Shown: positions 11,749 to 24,825, numbered from the whole stretch's first letter. The stretch is 62,184 nt of DNA, filler included, from Choristocarpus tenellus KU-1152 (GCA_964200185.2; 10 parts of 10 records of this genome joined end to end with filler, not necessarily neighbours in it), one strand, 5' to 3'. Numbers and translations: made by a program. Notes: generated from the letters alone by a model not told the origin.

Positions 11749-12882
11749 GTGAGATAATGATGGCCCCAAGAGAGGGTCTCTCAGTACGCAGTAGAGAGTA
11801 GTATAGAAATTTTAGTGTTGAGAGGGAGTGCTTGGGAGATAAGTACCCCTCAAGATCAAACAAGAGATGAATGCAGGCTACATGTAGAGTTCGAGTTGAA
11901 GGGTCTTGCATGTGTATGTTTATGTTATGTATGCATGTTTATATTCTTATGTGTTTCTGAAGGAGACAGAAAAGTGTATGTCTAAGATTTGTGCTGTGAA
12001 AGTGTGTGCGTTGAGGAGGGTGTCAAGGGAGAGATAGGACTATTGTTGTTGTTGAGGATTTGCCCTTGACCTATGTGGACCCCATTACAGCATGAGCAAG
12101 TTTTGCACGACTGTTTTCTGTCTCTGTCAGGTGGGATTCAGAGAAGTTGAGGAGTAGGGGGTGAGGAAACAACGCAGCGAACCCCAAGAAGGTTGCTTCC
12201 GCTGTGTTAATCTCATTACTGCAACTTTTGTTTTTCATTTTTATATGAGATCATGCAGATGGAAGTTCCCAGTTTAGTACAACAGTACTTGTAGATGTGT
12301 TTTGGTCTCCCTTCCCCCCCCCCCCCCCCAACGTCCTTTGTAAAGTTGCAGTTTTTCATCGCACCTACCCACTTCTCCCTTTCTGCCTAAGGCAGTGTAA
12401 GGTAAGGCGCTCTCCGTACAATTCGAAGATTTTGAGGAGTGAAACCGAAGCCTGCAGGATGAATCTGTCTTGTTGGGTTCGATGTGAATTTTTTGGGCTT
12501 TCTGTTGGAGTCACTGCTTCCCCCGCGCCTCTCCCCCTCCCCCATCCTTCCCCCCCCCCCTCCCCCCCCCCCCCCCCCCCCCCTTCCCTCNNNNNNNNNN
12601 NNNNNNNNNNNNNNNNNNNNNNNNNNNNNNNNNNTTAATTAATTAANNNNNNNNNNNNNNNNNNNNNNNNNNNNNNNNNNNNNNNNNNNNGTCTTGGGGT
12701 TGCATCACAGTATGATTACACCAGGAGAGTGACAATATGTTTTAGAAAGACTGAAGGGACTCTGAGGTAGAAGGTGGATACAGTATTCTCTTCCTTATGA
12801 CGAGGCGGGAGATGCGCATTAACACATAACATCATTTTTATAAAGCGCTCGTAATCGTTTCCATGCTATCCATGAAGCTTAT

Positions 12883-13063
12883 GATTCATTTCCCAGCTCA
12901 CCACGATTAATTAGTCGATTCCACGATTGATTTTCCAGCTCGCCACGATTAATTAGTAGCTTCGACTATTGATTTCCCAGCTCACCACGCATAATTCGTC
13001 GATTCCACGATTGATTTCCCAGGAATGCCACGCTTGTTGGTTGATTCGACGATTGATCTCCCG
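12883..13063. repeat. Degenerate 42-bp tandem repeat (~4 units)
   Basis: Unit approximately gattgatttcccagctcaccacgattaattagtcgattccac. Confidence 0.8.
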
Positions 13064-13266
13064 GTTTTGTACCAAGTGGTACAAAATGCGATTTTGTATC
13101 ACATAAATTTGTTCCGTTTTTTTCGAGCATGCCCATGGGTGAACAAAATCGGGTAACCTATTGTTGATGGAATGCAAACAGAGAATAATAATAATAATGC
13201 ACAATTCGTGAGCAAAACAAAACTCTATTAGATTTGATTTTTGTGTTTCCTGAAAAGATTTCTTCA

Positions 13267-13793
13267 GAGTGTAAGTGTAAGTATGTTAGAGGGTGTAAGT
13301 TTTGCCACGTTTGTCCATTTGGGGCTTGGCTTCCCGTGTTATTTTTCTTATGACGTTTTCCCACTCCAAAATGTTTCGGAGTAGTCGGTCAGAGACAAAG
13401 TATCTTAGAGGCTATAGCCGCGTCCATTTTGGGGCCACAATCCAATGTTGCGATTTTGATGTAATTTTGGCTATCGTGTTTGTTAGGAATTGTCCATATC
13501 CTTATTCCAGATACACCATTTCATAACGTATACATTTTACCTACGCCGATATATTTTCGATGAGGAAAGTGTCATAAGAAAACCCATTGGAAGTCAAGGC
13601 CCAAACGGACAAACAGGGCAAAACTCGTACCCTCTGAGATATTTTTACTCTCAAATGTATACGTTATGAAAAGGTGTGTCTGGAACAAGGATACTGACAT
13701 TATCTAACACAGTAACCAAAATTACATCAAAATCGCAACATTGGATTTTGGTCCATAAAGGTACGCATCCCTATCCTCTAAGATACTTTGCTC
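13267..13793 (+). mobile_element. MITE family A copy with a second A copy (13392-13650) nested in opposite orientation
   Basis: The outer element runs GAG...CTC and is flanked by the 4-bp TSD TTCA (13263-13266 / 13794-13797). The inner copy runs GAGACAAAGTATCTTAGAGG...CCCTCTGAGATATTTTTACTC. Confidence 0.85.
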
Positions 13794-14548
13794 TTCACCA
13801 ATAGTTTTGTTTGCAGTCAAGTGTGTTGAAACCTGAATCGAATGCACCGTACATGTAAGCAAAATGCATAGACTACAAGCAATGAGGAATCATAGTGTTG
13901 GAAAGCACCAATGAGTGATATGCATAGTCTATGTTATGGATAGGTGTCATTGTGTTGCAAACTACCAATATATTTATTCTGTTGTAACTGAGGTCAATGA
14001 TCTCTCAGTCAAGAATGATACGATGTGAATTCAGTATTCTTGGTTGCTCAATCCAGAATGATGTGATGTGAATTTAGTGTTCTTTCATGTGATANNNNNN
14101 NNNGTTACCTTGGCTGGCAAGGGTTTCCACAGATGGTTTTAACTCTGATTATATTACATCCATGTGTGTGTTTGGTAGACAGTTTGCAGAGTGAGTTTGG
14201 TGCAATTTGAGGGATCAACGGTAGTCACGAAAGAAATAATAATCAACCATCAACGTACAACTGTCATCTTCTTCTGATAAGAAAAAAGAGTGAAAGAGAA
14301 ACAAACAAGGGAACAACAGAACAAAATTGAACCAATATGTGATGCAACTCAAGTAACGTATACTATACTATTTGTGTGGAACGCAGAGCGAAAGTTCTGT
14401 ACTAAGGTGTTCTGATTGTAGTTGATGTGGTGATGACGAACTAGTAAAAGTAACATCCAGAACGTAACAGACCAATCAACAGTCAGTGTTGACTGGTGGA
14501 ACTGTATCGTATCAAGGAACAAACAGATGAGTAGCCTATGTTTTAACA

Positions 14549-16552
14549 CAGTGTACCTATATATGAGAGGTCGATATAAGAGAATATGGGGTATAAGAGA
14601 TGATTAATTGCATTGTCGCAACCTTTCGGGCTATAAGAGAGGTTTGGTCGTTTTCCTGCCATTTCCCTCTTATATCGAGCAAACTCTCATTTTTTTTCAC
14701 TACTTGATCGAGGGGCTTCCCAAAAAGTCATATTAGGCAAAATATAACAAAGGCACAAAGCTGCTCGAGACCACCAGTACACAACATAGCAGTCTCTTGT
14801 CTCTCAGTACTGTACCGTACAGTACGTACAGTATATCACATCAAGTTTAGATGACCACATTCTACAGATGTAACGATGCCATGTACAGCGGGATCTAGCT
14901 GCAACATAAAGGGCAATACGTTCTAGTCCACCACACTATACATAAGCCATAACTGTCGCGTTTTTAGCGGGGTTATCTTCATGGCATTTGTGCGGCGTTG
15001 TGGATCCATTTTGGCTCCAGCGAAATGAAACGCATGTGGAAATTGTGTGTGAGCCCCACCAACTTGCAAGGCTTTGAGTGAACGTATCTTAGAGGGTACG
15101 AGTATTGCCCTGTCTGTCCACTTGGGCTTGGCTTCGTATGGGATTTATTTTGACATTTTCCTACTCCAAAATGTTTCGGAGCAATTAAAATGTATACGCT
15201 ATGAAAAGGTGTCCCTGGAACAAGGATATTGACAGTTCCTAACAAACACGATAGCCAAGATTACATCAAAATCACAACATTGGATTTTAACCCACAAATG
15301 GACGCGGCCCTACTCTGAGTGAAGTATCTTGGAGGGTATGAGTTTTGCCCTGTTTGTCCATTATTTGGGGCTTGGCTTCCCATGTTTTATTTAATGATAT
15401 TTTCCTACTCCAAAATGTTTCGGAGTAGGTAAAATGCATACGTTATGAAAAGGTGTGTCTGGAACAAGGATATTGACACTTCCTAACAAAAATGACAGCC
15501 AAAAATACATAAAAATCGCAACATTGGAATTTGACCCCATATGGACGCGGCTCTACCCTCTAAGATACTTTGGTTCCTTTGAGTCCTCTAGCTGGTTACA
15601 ACACGGCGTCGAAGCGCCACAATAACAAGAACAAGGGCAAGGGGAAGGTGCTGCCAAATATATCTACGGAGAAAGTCTCTCCCTAAAAGCCTTCCGGTGC
15701 TGATAATCGTAAACATTTGAGCCTTGCAGAGAAGATAGAAGCGTTGAGACTCCTGAAAACCAAGATGGAAACTGCAGTTGCTCCAAAGTTTGGAATTGAT
15801 CACAATACCCTCTACAAGTTGAAGGAGGCAGCAACCATCATGGAGAAAGTGTAGACACTGAAGCCTGATACGAAGTCTACAAGGGGTGCCATATATGTCA
15901 AGATGCGTTGGCACGTGGATTGAAAGTCTGAAATTAGGTTGATTGTGATCGTGATTGAATTGTCTTTCTGCACTGTCTTTGCTGATGAGAATTATGATTG
16001 GATTTTTTGAAATTTTGTGCTCGTTTCTGTTGTACAGTATTGTCTATACTGTGTACTTGTAGTATCATGAGTGACCATTTTGCTCGTAGAGGTACGTCTC
16101 ACAAGGTGTCCCTATGTATTGATAAGGATTTCTCTATTGCTCTTGGCGCTCTGCACCTCAGACCTGGCGGAAAACCGTCTCAGGTTTCCATCAACGCAGC
16201 AAGAGCGTGGATCGGTGTGAAAGACAACGATGAAAGGACCGATGCGATACTAGAGGATATGAAAGACCAGCTGCTTGAGAAATTCTTGTACCAGTCAGAC
16301 AATTGAAAGCTCGGGTGATGAGGATGACAATGTGTTTATGGGAGGGGGCAGCACATCGGGGGCCGCGAGGAAAGGAGCAGCCTCTTTGTTGTTCTCGATT
16401 CCTCCACCGTCATATTCTCCAGAAGCTGACAAGTTTGCAAGCTTAAAAACAACCATCGAAGAGTGCAGCATGAACGATGTTTCGTAATATCTCCGGAAAG
16501 CAAAGCTGGCTTGGCTCAGCACAATCGGGGCAAGGGCATCAACCAAGTGGAT
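14549..16552 (+). mobile_element. Decayed pogo/Tigger-like DNA transposon (internally deleted, MITE-interrupted)
   Basis: CAGTGTACC..GATATAAGAG left end. ATG at 14876 begins MPCTAGSSC...GYLHGIC. At ~15700-15830, RKHLSLAEKIEALRLL...AVAPKFGIDHNTLYKLK is a CENP-B/HTH_psq-like motif. An acidic C-terminal-type region lies at 16100-16530. Stops and frameshifts are present and no DDE core was found. Confidence 0.65.
15076..15576 (+). mobile_element. Head-to-tail dimer of MITE family A inserted in the pogo ORF
   Basis: Two consecutive A bodies (junction ~15316). The whole dimer is flanked by the 4-bp TSD CTTT (15072-15075 / 15577-15580). Confidence 0.85.
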
Positions 16553-17169
16553 ACAGTAGGTTACCCGATTTTGGGACAAATGTTATGAACCAAATCAAAA
16601 TTAATCAATTTTGTATTGCTTTTTTTCGACATGCTCAAAAAAATAGGATTTGTACCGGAATTCTTGTATTCGGGTGATGTGGCACAAAATACCAGAGATA
16701 TTCACGCGAGTTTGGCGCGCGCGCAATAATTTCTCGCGAAAGGTGCCCCTTCTTCCTGGGTCATGCTACCATACAGCAGTACAGTACGTAAGGGGAATAA
16801 AGTGGAAGCCATGCCTTCTGCAGCGGGAAACCTCTGCAAGATGCCTTCAAACACACCGGGTCCGCCTTTCTACACAATCCGCAAGTGCCGTAAGTGCGGT
16901 GGGTACCTACATGGTATATGTGGTGTAAAGGACCTCGAACTTGACGATGACTGCAAACGTTTGTGTGAGGGGCAGTGCTTGGCACTGTAGCAAGTCGCGG
17001 GCGCTGACGGCAAGGGCGCATTGTTATCGACTTCATCGCTCGGCTCGCTGAACGGTAGCTCATCTGGTGCTGCAGCTGGCAGCTACGGGCAGAAATCTAG
17101 TGCCCCTTCCAGGTACGTTGGGGTTGGCGCAGGGCCACCAGCCGCATGTACTGGACGCCATTGAACTCG
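16552..17169 (+). mobile_element. 5' end of a second pogo-like element with a Cys-rich N-terminal ORF (truncated by contig end)
   Basis: TA|CAGTAGGTTACCCGATTTTGGGAC end. The ORF from ~16811 reads MPSAAGNLCKMP...KCRKCGGYLHGICGVKD...CKRLCEGQC, the same motif as at 14876-14995. Confidence 0.55.
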
Positions 17170-17269
17170 NNNNNNNNNNNNNNNNNNNNNNNNNNNNNNN
17201 NNNNNNNNNNNNNTTAATTAATTAANNNNNNNNNNNNNNNNNNNNNNNNNNNNNNNNNNNNNNNNNNNN

Positions 17270-17332
<63 letters not shown>

Positions 17333-20044
17333 CTTAGGCATGTACACGAAGGCAATGGAGACAGGAAAGGGAAGTGGTATGTGGACTTTGACAGGAAGTT
17401 AGTGGGTGCTCGTGATGATTGACTTACTGGTGTATGTGTCCCTACTGGTGATGTACACCCAATATGTGTGTGTGATCTGACTGGTTGTGACTTGTCATGT
17501 TAGCGCTGGATTGCAAACCCGCCTGTGGGTGTACTGCGTTGAGTAAGAGTGAAATATGAGTAGCATACACAAGCACCTGCAACAGGATCTGCTTGGAATG
17601 GGTTTTGTGTTTGTCAATACATGTGCTTCATTCAAGATGGGGGAGTGGAGGAATGAAGGAAGGCGTATGCTGGGCACTTGGTAGAGCGACCCCGGGTGCT
17701 TGTAGTCTGGGTAGGTTATTGTGGATCATTGCTGTGACAAGGCTCACTGTTTTTCTATGTATCAGTCAGGCGTTGGTGAGTATTGCTGGGAGTTGAAGGA
17801 GGATTTGTTGATGTAAGCCGCTTGTATCTACCCTTACACTCCTATGGGGAGAGGGGGCTATAATGCCATGGAGATCGGAGAGACTACATGATTCAAGACA
17901 GCAGAGTTGATGTTTGCGCGTTAATTTTGTGATATGGTGTACTTGGTACCACAGTTTTGTGCTTGTTTTGTGGTGTCAGATTTTGAACAGCTTTGTGGTT
18001 AAACTAACCCTTGCTAATCGATACTAACATTATTTGACATGATCTGGAATGGACGTGGTGATTTAGCTTGATGATTTTGATAATGTGTGTGTGTGTGTGT
18101 GTTCTGGTAGGGGTGGGGTGATCTGAAGATCTTTTTGCAACCCTGCCTGTGTACTAACAAAAAAAAAAAAATCTTCCTATCCCCTGCTGTTACAATTACA
18201 CATCTTTTTGTGCCGACAGCAGTAGAAAGTGTTGTTAGACTGGAGGGGGGGAGGTACAGGTGATGCCAGTTGATGTATACTTACTTTCCTGCCTAATTGT
18301 GTTTTCTCTTTTTGACGGCTTGCATTGCATACCCATTCATGCCTTTGGTGTCCATGGATGAACAGGTTGCACTGGCTGGTACTACGTGGTATGTTGTTTT
18401 TTGTGTTCTTGTCCTCTTTTGCTCTGTCCCCTGTACTGTTGTGACAGTAAGGTGGACTGCATGGTTATTTGAAGCTATGGGTGTTTGTAGTGCCGAGATG
18501 CAACTGCTGTTGTTTTGATCATTGCTGTTGAAAGCTACCTCACACACACACAGAGAGAGACACACACACACATACACAAATGGCAACAGCAATGTCAATA
18601 GTAAGGCATCAAGTTTGAAGGTTTTTGCCTTCGGTGGTTGCACTGTTTTTCTCACTGCAGTGCACAGGGAAACCCCCTATCTTCAGGAACCATCGCTGAT
18701 ACTTTTTTACCCACATTTTTGAAAAGCTAACCCTAACCCTAACTCATTTGTTCAAAATATCCCTAACCAGTCCAGGAAACCCTGTGGAAGAAGTGGCGCA
18801 GCAGTACAGTGTGCACTGGGGAACCACCGCCTGCCTCTTTAGGATTCACCACTTTTCACTTTTTCACACACATTTTCGATAATTTAACCCTAACCCTGAA
18901 CCTGACCTGTGTGTGAAAAATAATCCTCTTAACCTTAGTTTGAAGTGAACAAATATATGACATCAGCTGTTCCTCAAGGTGATCGATCCTCTGTTCAAAC
19001 TTCACCCACTTTTATTTCTATACTATTAACAGTAATAGTGCAACTTCAGGGTTAAGGTTAGGGTTTAGGATTTTTATGTTTATATTAAGTGCAATCCAAA
19101 GTACTCTCTCACCACGAGGTCATACTGTTTTTGTTGTTCTTCGACTATCTGAATGCAGTGGAGCAGGAGATGGCCTTTGTTTTACCTTTGTCTTCTTTTT
19201 TATGATCGGTTCCATCTCAGAAGTTTTTTTTTTCGATTCATTGTGAGTACGCTCTGTAACTGTCAAGTCAAGCAATAACGTTACAACTGCTGGATATATT
19301 CCAAAAACAGAAGTACAACCTAGTACTGAATTCTGCGGGTATGCATACATTATATTTGTATGTTGTACAAGATTCAATTCTAACTGAATTACACTGTATC
19401 TGGACTTTTGAAGGGACACTGCCTCCTGCTACTTCCCATACAATACATACGCACACACACTTATTTTAACTTAAAATTCATTTCACTGTTGAGGAAGTCA
19501 ATTGCTACGGATCCAAGATGCCGTTTTGTCAAAGTACTAACCTGGTCTCGATTCTCCAGATTGCACGTGACGAGCGTTGAAGGTCGTACAAAAACCTATA
19601 TTGTAGCTACACCTCAAAACACGGGACCAAGAATGAGATGTAAAGGCTTCATTGCTGAGCGACGCCAGCAGGAGATTTGGTAGAGGGGGAGCGACGAGTG
19701 GTGGGATGCCCAAAGTCAATGAGGGAGAAGCAAGGCATAATAAACACAGAGGAATTATAATCAGTCAATACATAATAGATCTCTATTAACATTATCTATT
19801 ACTAGCTAAGCATTTTAACAGTTTCATTTCTAATTAATGGTGGTGGTGTACACCTTGCTTTTCATTCACTACAATATACTGGGGCAGAGGGCACACAAGT
19901 AAGTGTAGTCCAGGGGTGTGGTGTGTTATGTATCAAGCACAATTAGTTGCTGCTTCTGTCTGGTTTGGCAATAGGACTCTACATTGGTCGACATGAAGAT
20001 TAAAAAAAACATGCTATCGTCCAGACAATATTCATTACTAATTA

Positions 20045-20090
20045 ACAGCCGATTTCAAAAATTGAGGATGGAGCTTTTCATTGAGGATAA
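20045..20090 (+). repeat. Terminus of a young high-copy repeat at contig ends (second copy 51842-51886)
   Basis: cagccgatttcaaaaattgaggatggagcttttcattgaggata is identical in both places, each close to a contig end. Confidence 0.8.
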
Positions 20091-20212
20091 GAAAGAAAAA
20101 AAATTGACTGGGNNNNNNNNNNNNNNNNNNNNNNNNNNNNNNNNNNNNNNNNNNNNTTAATTAATTAANNNNNNNNNNNNNNNNNNNNNNNNNNNNNNNN
20201 NNNNNNNNNNNN

Positions 20213-20260
20213 CCTGGTGTAGACCCTCCCTCCCACCCACCCCCCCAGATACTTTGAGTC
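20213..20260 (-). mobile_element. MITE family B left end at contig edge
   Basis: cctggtgtagaccctcc...ccccccagatactttgagtc is the reverse complement of the left end of the 43930-44103 copy. Confidence 0.75.
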
Positions 20261-20327
20261 CATTTTATATGTTTATGGACCATTCATTAACTAATCATGG
20301 AAGTAATCCTCTTTTTCATTGCTTTTT

Positions 20328-21981
20328 GATCCAAAACAATTGAGAAGTAAGCTGGCTTGGGCCCCTTTGCCTAGGTCACCTTTTTACCCTGTACACTAAA
20401 TTTCATTTCATTACTTCATGTGCACGATAGTGTACGCAAATATTATATTTCCCGCGCGTACTCCTGCAGTAGCACCACAATTTAGGAGAAGTTGTTTCTG
20501 CAATTGCACAAAATGACATAATTTTGCCATTTCTTGGGATCCTTAAAATGCAATTCTGCCACCCTCTTAGTTGGTTTGACTCAGTACGTCAATCTGCTCA
20601 AGACTGTTGTTACCATCAAGCCTACCACCATATGTATATGAGAATGACAACCGAAAGATACAAGCTTAGTGACGACAAGTGGGAGGTGTGCACAGGTGAG
20701 TCAAACCAAATGGGAGATAGGCAGGATTGAAGTTTCAGGATCCCGAGAAAGGGAAAAAAGACGCCATTTTGTAACTTGCTGAAAGAGCCTTTGCTGAATT
20801 GTGTTGTCACGCTGTGTGTGTAAAGGGGGAATGTCAATTGTGCGTACACCATTGTGCAGAAGAGAGTCAAACCAATTGAGAGGTAGGCAGGGTTACATTT
20901 TAAAGATCCCAAGAAGGGCATAAAGGCGCCATTCTGTACACCTGCAAAAACCCCTTGCTGAATTGTGGTGGCACTTTTCTATATGGAGATAGAGAATATC
21001 AATTTTGCTTGAGTCATTGTGCGCATGAAGCAATCAAATAGAGTGTGCTGCACAGGGTATGAAGGATGGCTTAGAATGCAAAAGGGTCCAAGCCTGCCTA
21101 CCTCTCAATTAGTTTGGTTCAAGAAGCAATGAAAGCTAGGATTATTTCACAGGGTAAAAAATATGGCTTAGAATGACAAAGGCCAAATTTGCCTGCCTCT
21201 CAATTGATTCGGTTCAGATATCAATGGACGAAGATGTAAGGATCATGGTCAGCGCCAAGTACATAGTAATAGTGGGACGCACTATCCATATCGTCTATAT
21301 ACTACTTAGAATTTACTTCGAAGTTTGTAGGGAATATGAGATTTATGTTAGACTTCTCCTTGATATGTAAACTTGTGCATTGCACGTTCAACAATAAATA
21401 TATAACCTCACCCAAACGTATCCCCCACCCCATTTGTTTGAAGCATTCTGGAGAGCATGCTTAAAGTCCTCGATTCCCGTGAGGTTCGATATTCTTGAGT
21501 GTGATGCACAGATTGGCGTGCAAGCCAAACTAATTGAGAGACAGGCAGGCTTAGACCCTTTTTGCATTCTAGGTCATCTTTCTTATCTTTTGCAATGCAC
21601 TCTACTACATTGCTTCATGTGTACAATAGTGTGCGCAAAATTGATGTTTCCCCTTTCCACATACAAAGTGGCACCACAATTTATCAAAGGCACTTTCTTC
21701 ACAATGCTATGAAAGGGCATCTTTTAAAGCCAAACTGATTGAGAGGTAGGAAAGTTTGGACCCTTTTTGCATTCTAAGCCATTATAATAACTCGTGCAAT
21801 GTACTCGATTCCATTGCTTTATGCCCTCAATATTGTCTGCAAAATTGATATTCCCTCTTTACACACACGAAGTGACACTACAATTAAGGGAAGACTCATT
21901 CTGCTTGTGAACAAAAAGTCTTCATTTTGCCCTTTCTTGGGATCCTTAAAAAGCAACCCTGCCGACCTCTCGGTTTGACTC
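20328..21981. mobile_element. Cluster of ~5 MITE family C copies, two of them nested
   Basis: TIR GAGTCAAACCAATTGAGAGGTAGGCAGG. Copy 20864-21120 has the 4-bp TSD AAGA and sits inside copy 20698-21215. Further copies at ~20328-20582 and ~21522-21981. Confidence 0.8.
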
Positions 21982-22216
21982 ATATCAAGCAGTGCAACAT
22001 AAATCTCACTTCTTCAATTTGTATTGAAGACGTAGATAACAGGAAATCATAGTGACAGCGGTGACAAATGCAGCACCTACCTGTGTATCGTTCTTGCCAA
22101 CTCTGACTGGAGATCTTCAATCTAGATGGGCTCCGTATAGTGAAGTACATGATGTGTTATTTTCTTTTGTCAGCTTAACTCCACCTTACTGGAGTCCCCC
22201 CAAACACTACACTAAT

Positions 22217-22450
22217 GAGTGAAGGTATCTTAGAGGATACGAGTTTTGCCCTATTTACGAGTTTTGGGACTCGGCTTCCCACAGGATTTTTATGACATTT
22301 TCCTACTCCAAACATTTTGGAGTAGGTAAAATGTGTACGCCATGAAAAGGTGTGTCCAGAACAAGGATATTGACACTTCCCAACATCACGATAGTCAAAT
22401 TACATCAAAATCGCAAGATTGGATTTTACCCTCTAAGATACTTGATTGTC
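22217..22450 (+). mobile_element. MITE family A copy (right part internally deleted)
   Basis: GAGTGAAGGTATCTTAGAGG...TACCCTCTAAGATACTT with the family body between. Confidence 0.8.
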
Positions 22451-24825
22451 AACCTGAGGTGAGTGACACAACTTCATATATATTGTGCGAGATACGTGGA
22501 GAGCAGGTTTGTCATCATACTGTTATTGCCGTATGTTATATACCGTCATACCGATTGAGGATCCTTGTCAGGAATCCGGGATTCGAGAGGAGGATCTTTT
22601 GAATAATAGAGGCGTGGAATCTTGTAAGGAGATCAATCGCATTAGTAGTGGACATTTCTTCAATCAGAGATGTCATGTGACACATCAAAGATTCTCTTTA
22701 TTGTGGTGTCTAGGCTTTTCTGATGATCCTCCTCTCATAAGATTATAATCACTCCTTGCAGTCTTCCACTTGTCCAACCTTAACCTCTTCCGCTCGGTTA
22801 CGGTTCGTCTTGGTCCATCTGGTCCGTCTTGCTTGGTAATTCTCTTCGCCACCTTTCCCTGACTGAACCACGCCTTCACACAAACATAACATAAATTGGA
22901 GACACAGGAAGGCAGTAGCACAGTATAGATAGTGAAGTAACAAATAGATTAGTGTCTTTCACATTAATGACATTTTATTTTTTTAGGGCATACACTGACA
23001 TGTGTATAGTTTTCATTGGTTTTCCCTCTGACACATCTGGAAAATGTCAGAGGGTATAATAATAAAAATACATAATATTACTAATAAGTCCTCCTCATCA
23101 CGCTTCCTACATATAATAGTGTTAGGAGGTTATTTAATGGAGAGACCAAAAGACATACCTTATTATACATCTACAATATGAAATTCCCCAAACATCAAAC
23201 ATAACAAATATTCCACATTTTACAATCAAAATATATATCGTATAAAATAATTTGATTTTTGGATTTGATATTCAGATCAACCTTGAAGTACACATTCTTC
23301 AAAACATGTCCAAGTAAGAAAAAAGAAATGAGATCGGTTGAAAGATAATCATGGATTTCAGACCTTCTCCAACACATCAAGAATATTATGATTCCTTGAT
23401 ACAACATGGGTACATGTTGGATGAGTGCGAGAGATACCAATTCATATCATACAGAGACCATACGTAGGAAGGACTACCAACCCCCCCCCAAAAAAGATGC
23501 ACGTTGTCCATTGGATGCGATGGATGGTAGGGGAGCTCTTGCCATGAAATGTATTGACATCCATTACCTTTCACACACAAACACAGACCCTACATATATT
23601 AACATTTTGCGAAAATTCTCTGTAGAAAATGTGAAATAGTAATGACAGGACACATACATACATACCTAATACATACATACATACATACATTGTTCTGGTA
23701 TGTGTATGTTTTCCTCGATACAACGTCCAGCACATTAATTCAAGTTTGAAATTCACCGAACAATTCACAACAAGTTATCAGTCAGGTGGAAATACCACAA
23801 TTTTTCCAGTGCGGCTATATATATATTCCTACTACTGTCAAAATGTATCTTCTTCAATGAGACACCAATCCCCGTCCTGTTTTAAAGTCGTTTTAATGGT
23901 TTGACCTAACAATCTAAATGAAAAATAGAGTAGGAGTATATATTTTCTTCCAAGTATGGAGTGAGGATGTATGGACTGGTTCAAATATTTAATCAGTTTT
24001 TTTTTAGGGTTGGGAAATTAGGTTGAAGTGTTTGGTACCATTTCATTGAAGGTAGAGGTACATTTTCATACATACATTCATGTTGTGGGAGTTGTGTGTG
24101 GTCGTATGCTGTTGATGTATGGTCGTTGGTGAATAATGGATCTTGTACCTACAATCTCCACCTACTCTTGGTTGTAGAATATATAGGTTGATTTGAAAAA
24201 GGGGAAAACGACACTTTAAAGTCCGACCTTTGACTATTGCTGTATTGTCAACATGTAGAAGACAAATCTAGAAATGGTTGGTCAGCCTTGTGGAAATGGA
24301 TACGTCATCTCTAAAGTCAAAAATTGAACACCAAGATATCCCTAGTCATAATTCAATCAAGAGTTAGTTGAACATTGAAGTTTAGGAATCGGTCTTTCCG
24401 TTTTGAATCAGAAAATATGTCAAATTATCCACAAATTAACGAACGTACACCTATCTATTTAATACCTACATATGAAAACATTGGTTGAAGACTGTTGGTG
24501 TTATGCCGACTTTCTGTTTAGAATATATTTTGCAATATTTGAATCTCTTATACAACTGTAACAGACAGTTGACAGACAGTCCAGCAAATACCAACATTAA
24601 CGTGACTGTCAATCCACAAATACAGGTTGTCGGTGATACAGGTCCTTGCGTTAGGGTGCCGTGATCGGCTGGTACTTTTGCTCGATTGGTGACCTCGTTT
24701 CTTTGCTCTTATCCGCTTGCCATTGTTATACCAATTCAGTCAGGTACGAAGGTACGCGAGTTGTACCTATTCTCCGAAGAGGATAATTTGAACCTCCTTA
24801 ACTTTTTTTTGGTTACATATTCACA

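Noticed and set aside
12883-13063. CRISPR-like repeat array
   Set aside because: Units are contiguous and degenerate with no unique spacers; eukaryotic context and no cas genes.
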